Positions 27,499-36,103 of a stretch of 43,025 nt of DNA are shown piece after piece. Numbering within the stretch: the stretch's first letter is position 1; each line of letters opens with the position of its first letter. The notes beneath the pieces were generated by a model. That model worked only from the letters and a program-made list of their open reading frames with translations, had not been told where the DNA came from and did no database searches. A program made the translations under genes and the position numbers. Source of the DNA: a virus (taxonomy: Duplodnaviria > Heunggongvirae > Uroviricota > Caudoviricetes); IMG/VR virus record IMGVR_UViG_2700989413_000006, positions 64,001 to 107,025 of that record; one strand, given 5' to 3'.

Positions 27499-28350
27499 TT
27501 ACTGATTAGCAAACAGCTCACTCAAGCCATTTGAAATTTTGGCAGTTGAAGACAATTTAGCTTCTGGTTTAGGCGCGCCTTGTTTTGGATTTGGCTGTGA
27601 ACCAGCTCCTTGTTTTGATTTGGCTTTGATCATGTAATTTGCATCAGGGTCCATTGATACAATTTTTTCTAAAGCTTTATCAAAATTTACAGGGTTGCCA
27701 TGACTATCGACGATCTTAGTTCGCTCTGCCGCGCCGCGAGGTTTGTCATAACCAACCACTTTGCCATCTTCAATTTCAAAGTGATTACCATATAACGCAC
27801 GTAACTTAGTTGGCGTGTAAATTAAATCTTGTTTGATGTATTGAGATTGGTTGAATTGAGCGCCAACCGTCAGGTCATTGATCATTTGAGACTTCGAAGC
27901 ATTGGCACCTTCAAGCTCTGCGATTTTTGCTTTTAGGGCATTTACTTCTTTAGCATGCTCTTCGGCCATACGCGCTTTCAGACGTTCAAAATCACCCTTC
28001 GCTTCAAGCTCTTTGGTTTCTTTTTCCTTCTGTTCGTTAATTGCCTTGCGAGCGATTTCAGGGTCGATGTCGATATATCGCGCCTTCAGTTCTTCAAGCT
28101 CCTGCTTCACTTTTTGAGCTTCGGCTTTTTTCTTCATTACTTCTTTGAGTAATTCAGCTTCTTTGTCAGTCGGCTTGTTTTTACTTTCATCGTCGGCTTC
28201 TGAGTCTTTTTTAGTAGGTTCGGTAGGCTCTTTTTTCTCGTCACCTTCCCCGCCTTCGCCGCCTGAGCCGCCTCCTAAATCAGAACCTTCACCATTGGCT
28301 TCTTGTCGAAGTAAGCCGCCATTCATTAAAAGTTGCATCCATAAAGGCAT
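27499..28350 (-). CDS. Capsid scaffolding protein
   Basis: GGG-rich acidic N-terminus, long coiled coil (LEAKGDFERLK), C-terminal AKISNGL; lies between portal and capsid; no protease gene is present. Confidence 0.85.
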   Translation of the reverse strand: MPLWMQLLMNGGLLRQEANGEGSDLGGGSGGEGGEGDEKKEPTEPTKKDSEADDESKNKPTDKEAELLKEVMKKKAEAQKVKQELEELKARYIDIDPEIARKAINEQKEKETKELEAKGDFERLKARMAEEHAKEVNALKAKIAELEGANASKSQMINDLTVGAQFNQSQYIKQDLIYTPTKLRALYGNHFEIEDGKVVGYDKPRGAAERTKIVDSHGNPVNFDKALEKIVSMDPDANYMIKAKSKQGAGSQPNPKQGAPKPEAKLSSTAKISNGLSELFANQ

Positions 28351-28399
28351 ATCGATCTTCCTTGTGCTAGTCTCTTAGCTACAGTCGTTCCCTTGACTG

Positions 28400-30100
28400 T
28401 TACTTTGTTTGTTCGGTCACTTGGCCTTGACGATTATTCTTTGTCGCTTTGGCCGCTTTGTTTCCTTGAGGGTTTTTTGCTTTAGCAGCGGTCTTATCTT
28501 CCGCTCCGTCATCATTCTTTTTGATGCTGGTGCGGTTTTTAAGTTGGCCCGTGCTGGTTCCGTCTGTGATTTGTGACGCCAATTCAAGTGGGTCAACCGG
28601 CCAATCCTTCAGCTCTTTAAGCATCTTCTCTTTGAGTTCCTTAGCTAACTGAGGGAACAACTTATCAATCACAGCTTCCATTTGAGTACGTCTTACCGTG
28701 TCTGGCGCTTCGATCAACATTAGGCGTGCAGAAATATCAAATTCGTCATACAAGCCACGAGTATCGAAGTTGTCAGGGTATGAGACGTATGAGTCTTTAT
28801 CGTCGATTCTTTCGCCGTTCCATTTGGCAACGAGTCGAACGATCTTGTTTTCGATTGTTTCAAGTGAATCAGCTTTCGCTGTAAGCAAGGCGTTTACACG
28901 TTCAAAGTCATAAGCTTTCGCTACGCCCGAACTGTTGTCGATACCTACCGCATTGTCCTGTTTTGTGCGCTCTCCTGCTAAACCGACAGTGTGATAAATT
29001 TCTCCAATGATCTTATTGATAGTGGTCATCAAAAGATCAGCCTGCTTTACGTCTGGCGATAGATAGAAAGGTTGAGATCCACCCTCTCCATCATAGAGGA
29101 ACACTCGTTTAGTCCCCATTTCCAAGAGCTTGTCATGGCTCTCTTCACCCGGCATTAGGTTTTGGGCCGGCATCGCAAGTTGACTGAAGGTTTGGTCTTG
29201 AATGATTGCATCCAAGTTTGAAAGGTAATTGGCTGTAGCGCGGTCAAGATAAGCAATGTCATCAATAAGTGCCGGAGCTGAATATTGATCATCACCAATA
29301 ATGTTATCCGCCAAAATAACAGGTACTTCGCCGAGATCATGATTGCTCGAATCAACCAAACTCACGGCAACTTTTTTACCTTTACCTTCTTTTACTTCAT
29401 AAAGCGCCCAGTGCTGCTTCGTCCAAAGTCTGAAGCGATTTACCGGCTTTCCTGAAGAGTCAAATGGGTCTTCGTCGTCACGCCCGATTTCATGAATTAA
29501 AATCCAATTTAATTCGCCGTTTTCATCAAATGAGTAATCCAAGAGTCGTTGCGGCTCAACAATGTAACTGTAAGTGTGTAAGTTGGCTTCAACCTCATCT
29601 TGGCGAGAAACAATTTCCATGTCGGCGCGGCTTCTATCGACAACGATACCCACTCGCCCAAACAAAGAAGTTTTCTTACTAACTTGACGAACAAAATCAT
29701 TGATCGTTAAGTTTCCTTTGGTTGCTGACTTCCAAAAATCAATAACACATTGAGGCGCATCTTTATCATTACGAGTGATAGCCTGCTTGAACAGGTACTT
29801 GTTAATTAAATCAACAACTTCACGCGTGTGATTGAAGCGATAAGCACGCTCAATTCGATTTTTGAACTCCTTGTCACCCTCTTTGATGTAGCGAAAAATA
29901 TTGGAACTAAACCATTTGCGCCCGCCGTTGTATGTTTCCTCCATGAAGTTCCAGTGAGCAACTAACGCTTCGTACTTTGGATGCCGTCTCTCGATCAAAG
30001 TGCGTAAACGTGCTGGGTCACTGATAACGGAAGTGGCGTTTTGCTTCGCTTCTTCAGCTTGCAAATCAATTACTGCCGATTCTCCGTGTTTAAGATTCAT
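28400..30100 (-). CDS. Portal protein
   Basis: 566 aa after terL; Y.GG, RA...NHT..VV, LGEVPV, SGVAKAYDF motifs of SPP1-like portals. Confidence 0.88.
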   Translation of the reverse strand: MNLKHGESAVIDLQAEEAKQNATSVISDPARLRTLIERRHPKYEALVAHWNFMEETYNGGRKWFSSNIFRYIKEGDKEFKNRIERAYRFNHTREVVDLINKYLFKQAITRNDKDAPQCVIDFWKSATKGNLTINDFVRQVSKKTSLFGRVGIVVDRSRADMEIVSRQDEVEANLHTYSYIVEPQRLLDYSFDENGELNWILIHEIGRDDEDPFDSSGKPVNRFRLWTKQHWALYEVKEGKGKKVAVSLVDSSNHDLGEVPVILADNIIGDDQYSAPALIDDIAYLDRATANYLSNLDAIIQDQTFSQLAMPAQNLMPGEESHDKLLEMGTKRVFLYDGEGGSQPFYLSPDVKQADLLMTTINKIIGEIYHTVGLAGERTKQDNAVGIDNSSGVAKAYDFERVNALLTAKADSLETIENKIVRLVAKWNGERIDDKDSYVSYPDNFDTRGLYDEFDISARLMLIEAPDTVRRTQMEAVIDKLFPQLAKELKEKMLKELKDWPVDPLELASQITDGTSTGQLKNRTSIKKNDDGAEDKTAAKAKNPQGNKAAKATKNNRQGQVTEQTK

Positions 30101-30113
30101 CCTTTCCTCTTTA

Positions 30114-30131
30114 TCAGTCAGTAGTGACTGA
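30114..30131. promoter_or_regulatory. 18-bp palindromic box (TCAGTCA-GTAG-TGACTGA)
   Basis: Between the terL stop codon and the portal RBS. Confidence 0.75.
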
Positions 30132-30139
30132 CTGTTACC

Positions 30140-31384
30140 TTAAATTGAAATCCCACCAAAGTCGATTTTGCGTACTGGAAACTCAAGTTCGATTGCGTAC
30201 CCTGCTGCGTCAGCACTATGTTCTACACCAGCCGACTTGTCGACGTCTCGAGAACCAGGCTTATAAATGGTTTGCTCGAAGGAGTTAATGAGATGTTTGC
30301 ACTTCTCATCAATTCTCATTCGAATAGAGCCATCTGCTGACATTAGCATTCGGTTTACAGCGTTGACCCTATCAGCAATCATTGGATGCTTTTTGCGATA
30401 CTTGATATTCTTGAAACCCATTTCTCTTAGGATGTCCAAGTCTGTCTCGCCTCGCGCATGCTGCCTTTGTCCGCCAGCTGGGTCGGGGTAAATAACAATC
30501 CGCGATCTGTGCTTCCAAAGTTTTTCATCTAAAGCTCTACACATGTCTTCAGTGTTTGAGCCAAACTGAACAACTTCATCAACCGCCCAAAGCTCACCGT
30601 TTTCTTGAGGTTGAAACAAAACGGCGCTCATTGGGTCAATGTTGAAGTCCATCCCAACCCAAATCGGCAAATTAGGGTTAATTTCGTATTTCCCTACATG
30701 CAGATTTCGGTCAAATGGATAGTAAACACGACCACTCATGGTTTCGAATGACGCTAAAAACTCCTGTTTGAAGGATTTTTCATCCATATCTGCTTTAGCG
30801 GCGGCTAATTCAGACAATGGAATGAATGGGGATGTAATCGTTGGAAACTGCCATGACTCCCATTGACCAGATCTAACTTTTTTAGGGTCTTGCCCTAATT
30901 TGTAGACGGTGTAGAGACAGTTGTAAGCTTTTGGCGTACCGATGAAGATGGCGTGACCGCCTGTATCTGCCAGCGTAGGACGTAACACTTTTGTCCAAGT
31001 GTCTTCGTCCATGTCTTGAAACTCATCGAGAACTAGAAAGTTGATACCGACACCACGTAGGGAGTCGGCTTTGTCAGCACCCTTCAGCTCAATTCGTGAT
31101 TTATTAACCAATCGGATTGAAAGGTTTGACTCGTTGACCTTCGCAATCCAAGATTTAGGGATGGCGTCAAGCAGATCATTCCACATAATCTGCTTGGCCA
31201 TCTTGTATGTTGGGGCAACATACCAGACCTTTTGCTTTGGAATGCGCGCTTTGGAAATCATCAAAATCTTTGAAAGTTGACTCTTACCCCAACGACGCCC
31301 CGCCACAACTACGCGGAAACGCGCCTTTGATTGGTACACCTGCATTTGTTTAGGATGCAGACTGAGTTTTTCTTTGATTCCCAT
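30140..31384 (-). CDS. terL: Terminase large subunit
   Basis: Walker A VVVAGRRWGKS, Walker B FLVLDEFQDM, FIGTPK coupling motif, nuclease residues GMDFNIDP and HSADAAGY. Confidence 0.95.
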   Translation of the reverse strand: MGIKEKLSLHPKQMQVYQSKARFRVVVAGRRWGKSQLSKILMISKARIPKQKVWYVAPTYKMAKQIMWNDLLDAIPKSWIAKVNESNLSIRLVNKSRIELKGADKADSLRGVGINFLVLDEFQDMDEDTWTKVLRPTLADTGGHAIFIGTPKAYNCLYTVYKLGQDPKKVRSGQWESWQFPTITSPFIPLSELAAAKADMDEKSFKQEFLASFETMSGRVYYPFDRNLHVGKYEINPNLPIWVGMDFNIDPMSAVLFQPQENGELWAVDEVVQFGSNTEDMCRALDEKLWKHRSRIVIYPDPAGGQRQHARGETDLDILREMGFKNIKYRKKHPMIADRVNAVNRMLMSADGSIRMRIDEKCKHLINSFEQTIYKPGSRDVDKSAGVEHSADAAGYAIELEFPVRKIDFGGISI

Positions 31385-31386
31385 TA

Positions 31387-31977
31387 CTAACTTGATTTAA
31401 CTTCCACTGTCTCCTGTACTGGTTCCGTCCCTTCAATTTCGAACTCGTTAAAATTACGCTCACGTAATTCCTCGATTTCGTCAGCCGTCAGCTCGGTAAT
31501 CTCCAACGTAGCAAGCTCGTTGGTATCTACGGCATCTGGTCGGTCAAGACCCAATACAGACCATCGTTCCATGCGGGCTTTGGCAAGCGCTGTGATAGCA
31601 ATATCTAACGCTTTAAGATTTGGAGCTGCGGTTGCGAGCGGCTGGTTATTCTTCTTTGCTGTAAGAACTTCCTGCCAAACCAGCTTTGCAATATTTTGAG
31701 ATATTGCGTAATGCTCGTTCTTCGTCTCACGGATTCGCTGAGCATGTAACGACGCCTCTTCCGTTGCGGCTTGCTGAACTGCGTCGGCAATCTTTGCCCT
31801 GTGCTGCTCGGCATTTTGTCGGTACTTAACGCCTGCTTTTGCCATGTGCTGTTGAACGGCAGACTCCGATACGCCCAACTTCTTTGCAATTTCCTTGCGA
31901 GTCGCATCACCATTCGCCCAGAGTGCTTCTGCCTCCGCCCATTTCTTCAATGGAACGGATTTGCGTTGGTTGGTCAT
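31387..31977 (-). CDS. terS: Terminase small subunit (N-terminal HTH)
   Basis: WAEAEALWANGDATRKEIAKKLGVSESAVQQHM HTH followed by a helical region; directly upstream of terL. Confidence 0.75.
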   Translation of the reverse strand: MTNQRKSVPLKKWAEAEALWANGDATRKEIAKKLGVSESAVQQHMAKAGVKYRQNAEQHRAKIADAVQQAATEEASLHAQRIRETKNEHYAISQNIAKLVWQEVLTAKKNNQPLATAAPNLKALDIAITALAKARMERWSVLGLDRPDAVDTNELATLEITELTADEIEELRERNFNEFEIEGTEPVQETVEVKSS

Positions 31978-32045
31978 TCGCTTTCCAAGAAGTTGAAAAG
32001 GGGTGGCTCCTACTTCCTGTCTGAATCACCCCGTCGTTTTGGCTG

Positions 32046-32074
32046 AGGATACTTATAAATTTAAATTATGTCAA
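32046..32074 (-). promoter_or_regulatory. Sigma70-type promoter for terS and the late operon
   Basis: TTGACA (32074-32069), exactly 17 nt, then TATCCT (32051-32046). Confidence 0.7.
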
Positions 32075-32088
32075 TCAGTAGTGACTGA
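32071..32088. promoter_or_regulatory. 18-bp box (TCAATCA-GTAG-TGACTGA) overlapping the terS -35
   Basis: Shares four bases with the TTGACA hexamer. Confidence 0.75.
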
Positions 32089-32096
32089 ACTTTTAA

Positions 32097-32492
32097 TTAA
32101 TAAAAATAAGAAAGTGCATACCATAGCACACACGCTAGGGCTTCATTCTCGCTGTCAAACGGTCTAGTTACGCATTGTTCACCGCCAAAACAGAAGAGTG
32201 CAGCAAATTTATGTTCGATGTCTCTGGCTGGCTTGTGCGTCTTTTTAGCGCTATAAGGGACAGCTGGAACAATAAGGGGGTCGATTTTAAGTTTTTCTAG
32301 TTCAAGCTTTGTAATTTCAATATCTTCAGAGTATCTAGGGGCCTCAAAACATCCGGTGTCATCACATCGAATAGGCTTTCCATCAAAAAGCATTGTGTCG
32401 TGTCCGAGGAGCGAATCAATATCCGTATCTGTATCCGCTCCCGCCTCGTAATCGTAACCGATGATGAGGGCTTTGTGTTCATCTAGGGTCAT
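32097..32492 (-). CDS. Hypothetical protein, weakly phage ABA-sandwich / DUF2591-like
   Basis: PRYSEDIEIT and C-terminal EALACVLWYAL pattern. Confidence 0.45.
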   Translation of the reverse strand: MTLDEHKALIIGYDYEAGADTDTDIDSLLGHDTMLFDGKPIRCDDTGCFEAPRYSEDIEITKLELEKLKIDPLIVPAVPYSAKKTHKPARDIEHKFAALFCFGGEQCVTRPFDSENEALACVLWYALSYFY

Positions 32493-32531
32493 TGGGAATC
32501 CTATTCTTAACCGCTATCAATTATTACTTAG

Positions 32532-32549
32532 TCAGTAACTAATGACTGA
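32532..32549. promoter_or_regulatory. 18-bp box (TCAGTAA-CTAA-TGACTGA)
   Basis: Intergenic; one mismatch to the perfect palindrome. Confidence 0.6.
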
Positions 32550-32594
32550 ATATATTAATATAATGATGAGCGTAGGAACACCCAAGTCACCCAA

Positions 32595-32921
32595 TTAAAT
32601 TGCGGTTGAGTCATCTTCGACCAGTGCGGTTTTTAATCCAGTAGAACCGCTCGGCTTAGGCATGTACTGTTGCGCCATATATTCACCTGTTGGTGTAGCA
32701 ATGTATGTGACATGTCTACGGCCACGGCGTTTTTCACTGCCTTTGGTGATGTACTTATGGTTTTTGATGAGCGACCGTATGGAAAACTGCAATGCCTGTT
32801 TCGTCGGCTTGTAGCTTAGCTCATTGAGAAGTTGATCTAGGTCTAAGTGAGTGCCGTCGGTATTCTTTTTAAATACCAGCAAGAGAATTTCAACTTGCTT
32901 CGGCGTCAAATTAACTGTCAT
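32595..32921 (-). CDS. Winged helix-turn-helix DNA-binding protein
   Basis: LTPKQVEILL...LDQLLNEL...TKQALQFSIRSLIKNHKYITK...TYIATPTG, a MarR-like wHTH pattern; start overlaps the GNAT stop. Confidence 0.7.
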   Translation of the reverse strand: MTVNLTPKQVEILLLVFKKNTDGTHLDLDQLLNELSYKPTKQALQFSIRSLIKNHKYITKGSEKRRGRRHVTYIATPTGEYMAQQYMPKPSGSTGLKTALVEDDSTAI

Positions 32922-33861
32922 AAGCAATGTCCTTTTCGCTTATTGCGTTGAGATTTAACGGCTCGTTAGGTAACTGGTTTTCAAACGCCATCAAAGGCAG
33001 ACGGATTGGAAGTTTTGGTTTGGTTCCCGCTTCTTTTGCCGCTTTAACGTCGGGGTTTACGTACACGCCGTATAACGGCGAAGCAAACACTAGCTGTTGC
33101 GTGTTTTTTAAGAGCTTTTCAATCGAGAGTGAGTCGACTCGCTTCGTTCCATTCATGCGGTTGTCTCCTGATTTCTCCATCGAACTAAAGGAATAGTAAA
33201 ACTTACGCATTTCGGCCACGCATTTTTCCCGAACTGGCGCGGGCATTTTTTCGATTTCCTGCATTACGCCAACAAAATCAGTCGGAATCGACTCGAACCA
33301 ACGACGGAAAAATTGTAATCCGCGTTCATAATTGGTGGCTCGTTTTGGTGGGGCGAACTGAATGCCGGCTTTAGCGGCAAATGGGTTGAATTTTGACATC
33401 GAGCTTTGAAACTCAATTAACAAACAACCACTCATACGCATCATTAAATTTTGCGCACGATAAGCAATCCCAGCGCCGCGATACATGGTGTCTAAAACCA
33501 GTCGCGAGTTTGTGCAGGCGTTGTTATTTAACCATAGGGCGCGGTGTCGATTGATCAAACGTGAATCTTTACCGTTGGTATTGGGGCGCAAATGTTCAAA
33601 CAGTTCATTTCTGCCTGATAGCAGCATTTTTGGAACCGTCATAACGCCGACGCCGATAGTTTGGCCATGCAAAACAACACGCCAATAACGCGGCCCGATG
33701 CCTAAAGTGTCCGCCTTGTAGTGGAGTTCATGCAGAAGCTCCCAATCCTCCTTTGTACCAGGCTCAATGTAGATTTCATTAAGCAGTGAAAGAAGGTGGT
33801 TAGTTGGAATCGGTTTTCGAACAATGAGGGCATCCTGATTGTCCATCAGAATTTCTTGCAT
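32911..33861 (-). CDS. GNAT-fold acetyltransferase (C-terminal half of the COG2401-type ABC-acetyltransferase pair)
   Basis: LHY motif, acetyl-CoA motif A RLVLDTMYRGAGIA, and E.QSSMSKFNPF..KAG. Confidence 0.72.
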   Translation of the reverse strand: MQEILMDNQDALIVRKPIPTNHLLSLLNEIYIEPGTKEDWELLHELHYKADTLGIGPRYWRVVLHGQTIGVGVMTVPKMLLSGRNELFEHLRPNTNGKDSRLINRHRALWLNNNACTNSRLVLDTMYRGAGIAYRAQNLMMRMSGCLLIEFQSSMSKFNPFAAKAGIQFAPPKRATNYERGLQFFRRWFESIPTDFVGVMQEIEKMPAPVREKCVAEMRKFYYSFSSMEKSGDNRMNGTKRVDSLSIEKLLKNTQQLVFASPLYGVYVNPDVKAAKEAGTKPKLPIRLPLMAFENQLPNEPLNLNAISEKDIAYDS

Positions 33862-33881
33862 ATTTCATCCCTGAAAAGAAA

Positions 33882-33899
33882 GTGGCCCGTCTGGGCCAC
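33882..33899 (-). terminator. Intrinsic terminator between thioredoxin and GNAT genes
   Basis: GTGGCCC-gtct-GGGCCAC followed by TTTCTTTT on the minus strand. Confidence 0.7.
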
Positions 33900-33904
33900 C
33901 GTTT

Positions 33905-34258
33905 TTAGAAGCCCCAGCTGTCCATTTGGGGAATGATGTTTGCTGGAGCGCCCATCAATCGCGACACTTCCTTGTCGGCTTCAAAAACAATCGTGACCGG
34001 CACCTGTCGAATACCCAATTCCATGAACTGGTCTTTGGTTTCATCTGACAGTTCCACCTGAATCACTTCAACGCCGCGCTTCTCTGCCTCTTCTAACAAG
34101 AGCGGCTTGTATCGTTTACACGGCCCGCATGTTGGGCTTGTGAAAACTTTGATGTAGCGTTTAGGCGCTGTTGTTTCTGCAGCTTCGGCAGTGTCTTGAA
34201 CTTGAATTTGTTCTTCAGTTGTCACAGCCGTTGCTGTTTTAGTTGTGCGTGGTGGCAT
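33905..34258 (-). CDS. Thioredoxin-like protein (CGPC)
   Basis: FTSPTCGPCKRYKPLL and the cis-Pro motif GIRQVPVT; low-complexity N-terminal extension; AAGGAG RBS before MPPR at 34258. Confidence 0.85.
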   Translation of the reverse strand: MPPRTTKTATAVTTEEQIQVQDTAEAAETTAPKRYIKVFTSPTCGPCKRYKPLLLEEAEKRGVEVIQVELSDETKDQFMELGIRQVPVTIVFEADKEVSRLMGAPANIIPQMDSWGF

Positions 34259-34268
34259 CGATTTCTCC

Positions 34269-34925
34269 TTAAATCGTTGATTTGTATTCATCATTTCGGT
34301 GGATTACGACCTTTTCACGGTATTTTTTGACGATCGTGACATTCGGCGCTAGGTCTTCCACCATATCGTCGTGAGTAGTCGCCACTAAAACGGTGGCCCC
34401 GACTTTTCGAGCGATTTTCTGAAGGTTGTAAGCGATAACTTTTGCTGTAGTTCGGTCGAGAACAGCTAAAAATTCATCTGCAACCCATACTTTGGCTTTG
34501 GATTCAATGAGTTTGGCTAAGCAAAAACGGTATCTTTGACCGTCAGACAGCTCATTTGGTTTGCGGATAAACAAATAGGCGTCGTTTAACCCGGCAATTG
34601 ATAGAAGATTTAATGCCTCGTTCAGATCCTTACCGATCTGGTCAATCAAAGGCTTATCTTCAAACTCAATAGCATTAATATCTGACACAGAAAGGCCGTC
34701 AGCTGACATAGCTTTTGATAGTTCGCGTAAAATAGTGGACTTGCCACTACCTGATTGACCTGTAATGTAAACAATGTCGCCTTGATCAATTGGCAGATCC
34801 AAATTATCAAAGACAACAAAGGTTTTATCATCAAGGCCAAGACCAAACGCTTCAGCGACTTCCAGAACGCGTTCACTTCGATTCACTTCCGTGTCAAATT
34901 TTTTGTCTATTCTGTATACGGTCAC
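34269..34925 (-). CDS. Stand-alone ABC-family ATPase with no membrane partner (N-terminal half of the COG2401-type pair)
   Basis: Walker A GQSGSGKST, signature LSDGQRYR, Walker B VWVADEF, H-loop VATTHDDM. Confidence 0.9.
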   Translation of the reverse strand: MTVYRIDKKFDTEVNRSERVLEVAEAFGLGLDDKTFVVFDNLDLPIDQGDIVYITGQSGSGKSTILRELSKAMSADGLSVSDINAIEFEDKPLIDQIGKDLNEALNLLSIAGLNDAYLFIRKPNELSDGQRYRFCLAKLIESKAKVWVADEFLAVLDRTTAKVIAYNLQKIARKVGATVLVATTHDDMVEDLAPNVTIVKKYREKVVIHRNDEYKSTI

Positions 34926-35563
34926 TGTGCCACCTGATTTTTGATGTACTCAATGAATGCATCCGCCCCTTCTAGGCCTGTTTCGCCTTCTGCCACAGCC
35001 ATAAACTGAGCGACAAATCGTTCATCCTTGCCTTTGATCTCTTTGAAGCCCAAAGCCTTATCGATCCGAACAGCTCGCGCGTCCGTTTCTTCGATCTTTT
35101 TGATGGTTTCTTCTGTTTGTTTGGCGATTTCACTGTCGAGATCCAAAACAATTGAATCCACATTCATTCCCGACAGGTCGGCAACTACGAAGTTGAGTTC
35201 CTTTTTGTCGAAAATGCCTTCCAAATCAAAGTTAAGGGTCTGAAGTTCTTTTTGGAGAAGGTCAGTGTCGATGTCACCAATGGCAACGCGGTTGTCGGCC
35301 AAGCGTGCCGCGCGAACTTGATGTTCATCAAGGTCAGATCGAACTAGAACTGGAACAACTTTCAAGCCAAGAAGCAAAGCCGCCTCGCGACGACCATGCC
35401 CCTTGATAATTACGCCTTCCTTGTCCACGACAATAGGTTGATCCCAACCAAATTCTTTAATTGACTGAGCGATTCGTTCAACTTGTGCTTTGTCGTGGAT
35501 TTTTGCATTCAGTTCGTATGGCTTAACTTCATCAACATTCCATTGTTGAATAATTAATTCCAT
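34922..35563 (-). CDS. ParB/Srx N-terminal domain protein (phage ParBc type)
   Basis: PYELNAKIH...IAQSIKEFGWDQPIVVD..GVIIKGHGRR...VPV...RLADNR; start refined to MELIIQQW. Confidence 0.88.
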   Translation of the reverse strand: MELIIQQWNVDEVKPYELNAKIHDKAQVERIAQSIKEFGWDQPIVVDKEGVIIKGHGRREAALLLGLKVVPVLVRSDLDEHQVRAARLADNRVAIGDIDTDLLQKELQTLNFDLEGIFDKKELNFVVADLSGMNVDSIVLDLDSEIAKQTEETIKKIEETDARAVRIDKALGFKEIKGKDERFVAQFMAVAEGETGLEGADAFIEYIKNQVAQ

Positions 35564-35570
35564 AGAGTGC

Positions 35571-36092
35571 TTATTCCTCTTCTTCGTCGGACTTGGTGTG
35601 AATGGCAATGCGCGTTTCGAGGATGTCTACGTAATCTGCCAGTACATCAAGTTGGTCTGCCATTTGGAACCACTCAACTTCAGTCACATCATCAGGCTTA
35701 CCTTTCAACATAAAGGCGTGAAGTTTATCGCGACGCTCTACTTGTTGAGCTAATTCTTCATAAAGGCGATCCAAGAATGTTTTGCCGTCCTCTAAAGCTT
35801 GTTCATAGAGTTTTTGGCAAAGTAAGTAACCTTCTAACTTCCAAATTTGACGACGGGCATTTTCAAAAGCCGCCTGTTCGCCTAATTCTTGGACGAAATT
35901 ATCTGGATGCGCACACGCAGACTCACCAACGATTTCAAAGCCATTTTTTAGCGTCAAAACACAAATTGTTAGCTTGCCCCCTAATACATGAAAGGCTTTT
36001 TTAACAATCTTTTCGTCGATTTGCTCTGGTGATAGGCGCGGCGCGGTACGTTGCAACTCCTGCAAACGCTGTTCAATTTCTTGTTCGTTCAT
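35571..36092 (-). CDS. Gp49-like (Phage_gp49_66) domain fused to a crAss001_48-like helical domain
   Basis: LTICVLTLKNGFEIVGESAC.HP.NF..ELG...A..NA..QIWKLEGYLL, then RLYEEL..Q..R.DKL..F...QL.VL..YVDIL.TRI. Confidence 0.75.
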   Translation of the reverse strand: MNEQEIEQRLQELQRTAPRLSPEQIDEKIVKKAFHVLGGKLTICVLTLKNGFEIVGESACAHPDNFVQELGEQAAFENARRQIWKLEGYLLCQKLYEQALEDGKTFLDRLYEELAQQVERRDKLHAFMLKGKPDDVTEVEWFQMADQLDVLADYVDILETRIAIHTKSDEEEE

Positions 36093-36103
36093 TCTCAGTG
36101 TCC

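Noticed and set aside
27340-28400. GGA-containing hairpins in the capsid and scaffold leaders as CsrA/RsmA sites
   Set aside because: Stems are short and GGA is expected near any RBS; support is insufficient.
34269-34925. ABC ATPase as a transporter subunit
   Set aside because: No permease or binding-protein gene nearby; the context is GNAT/ParB.
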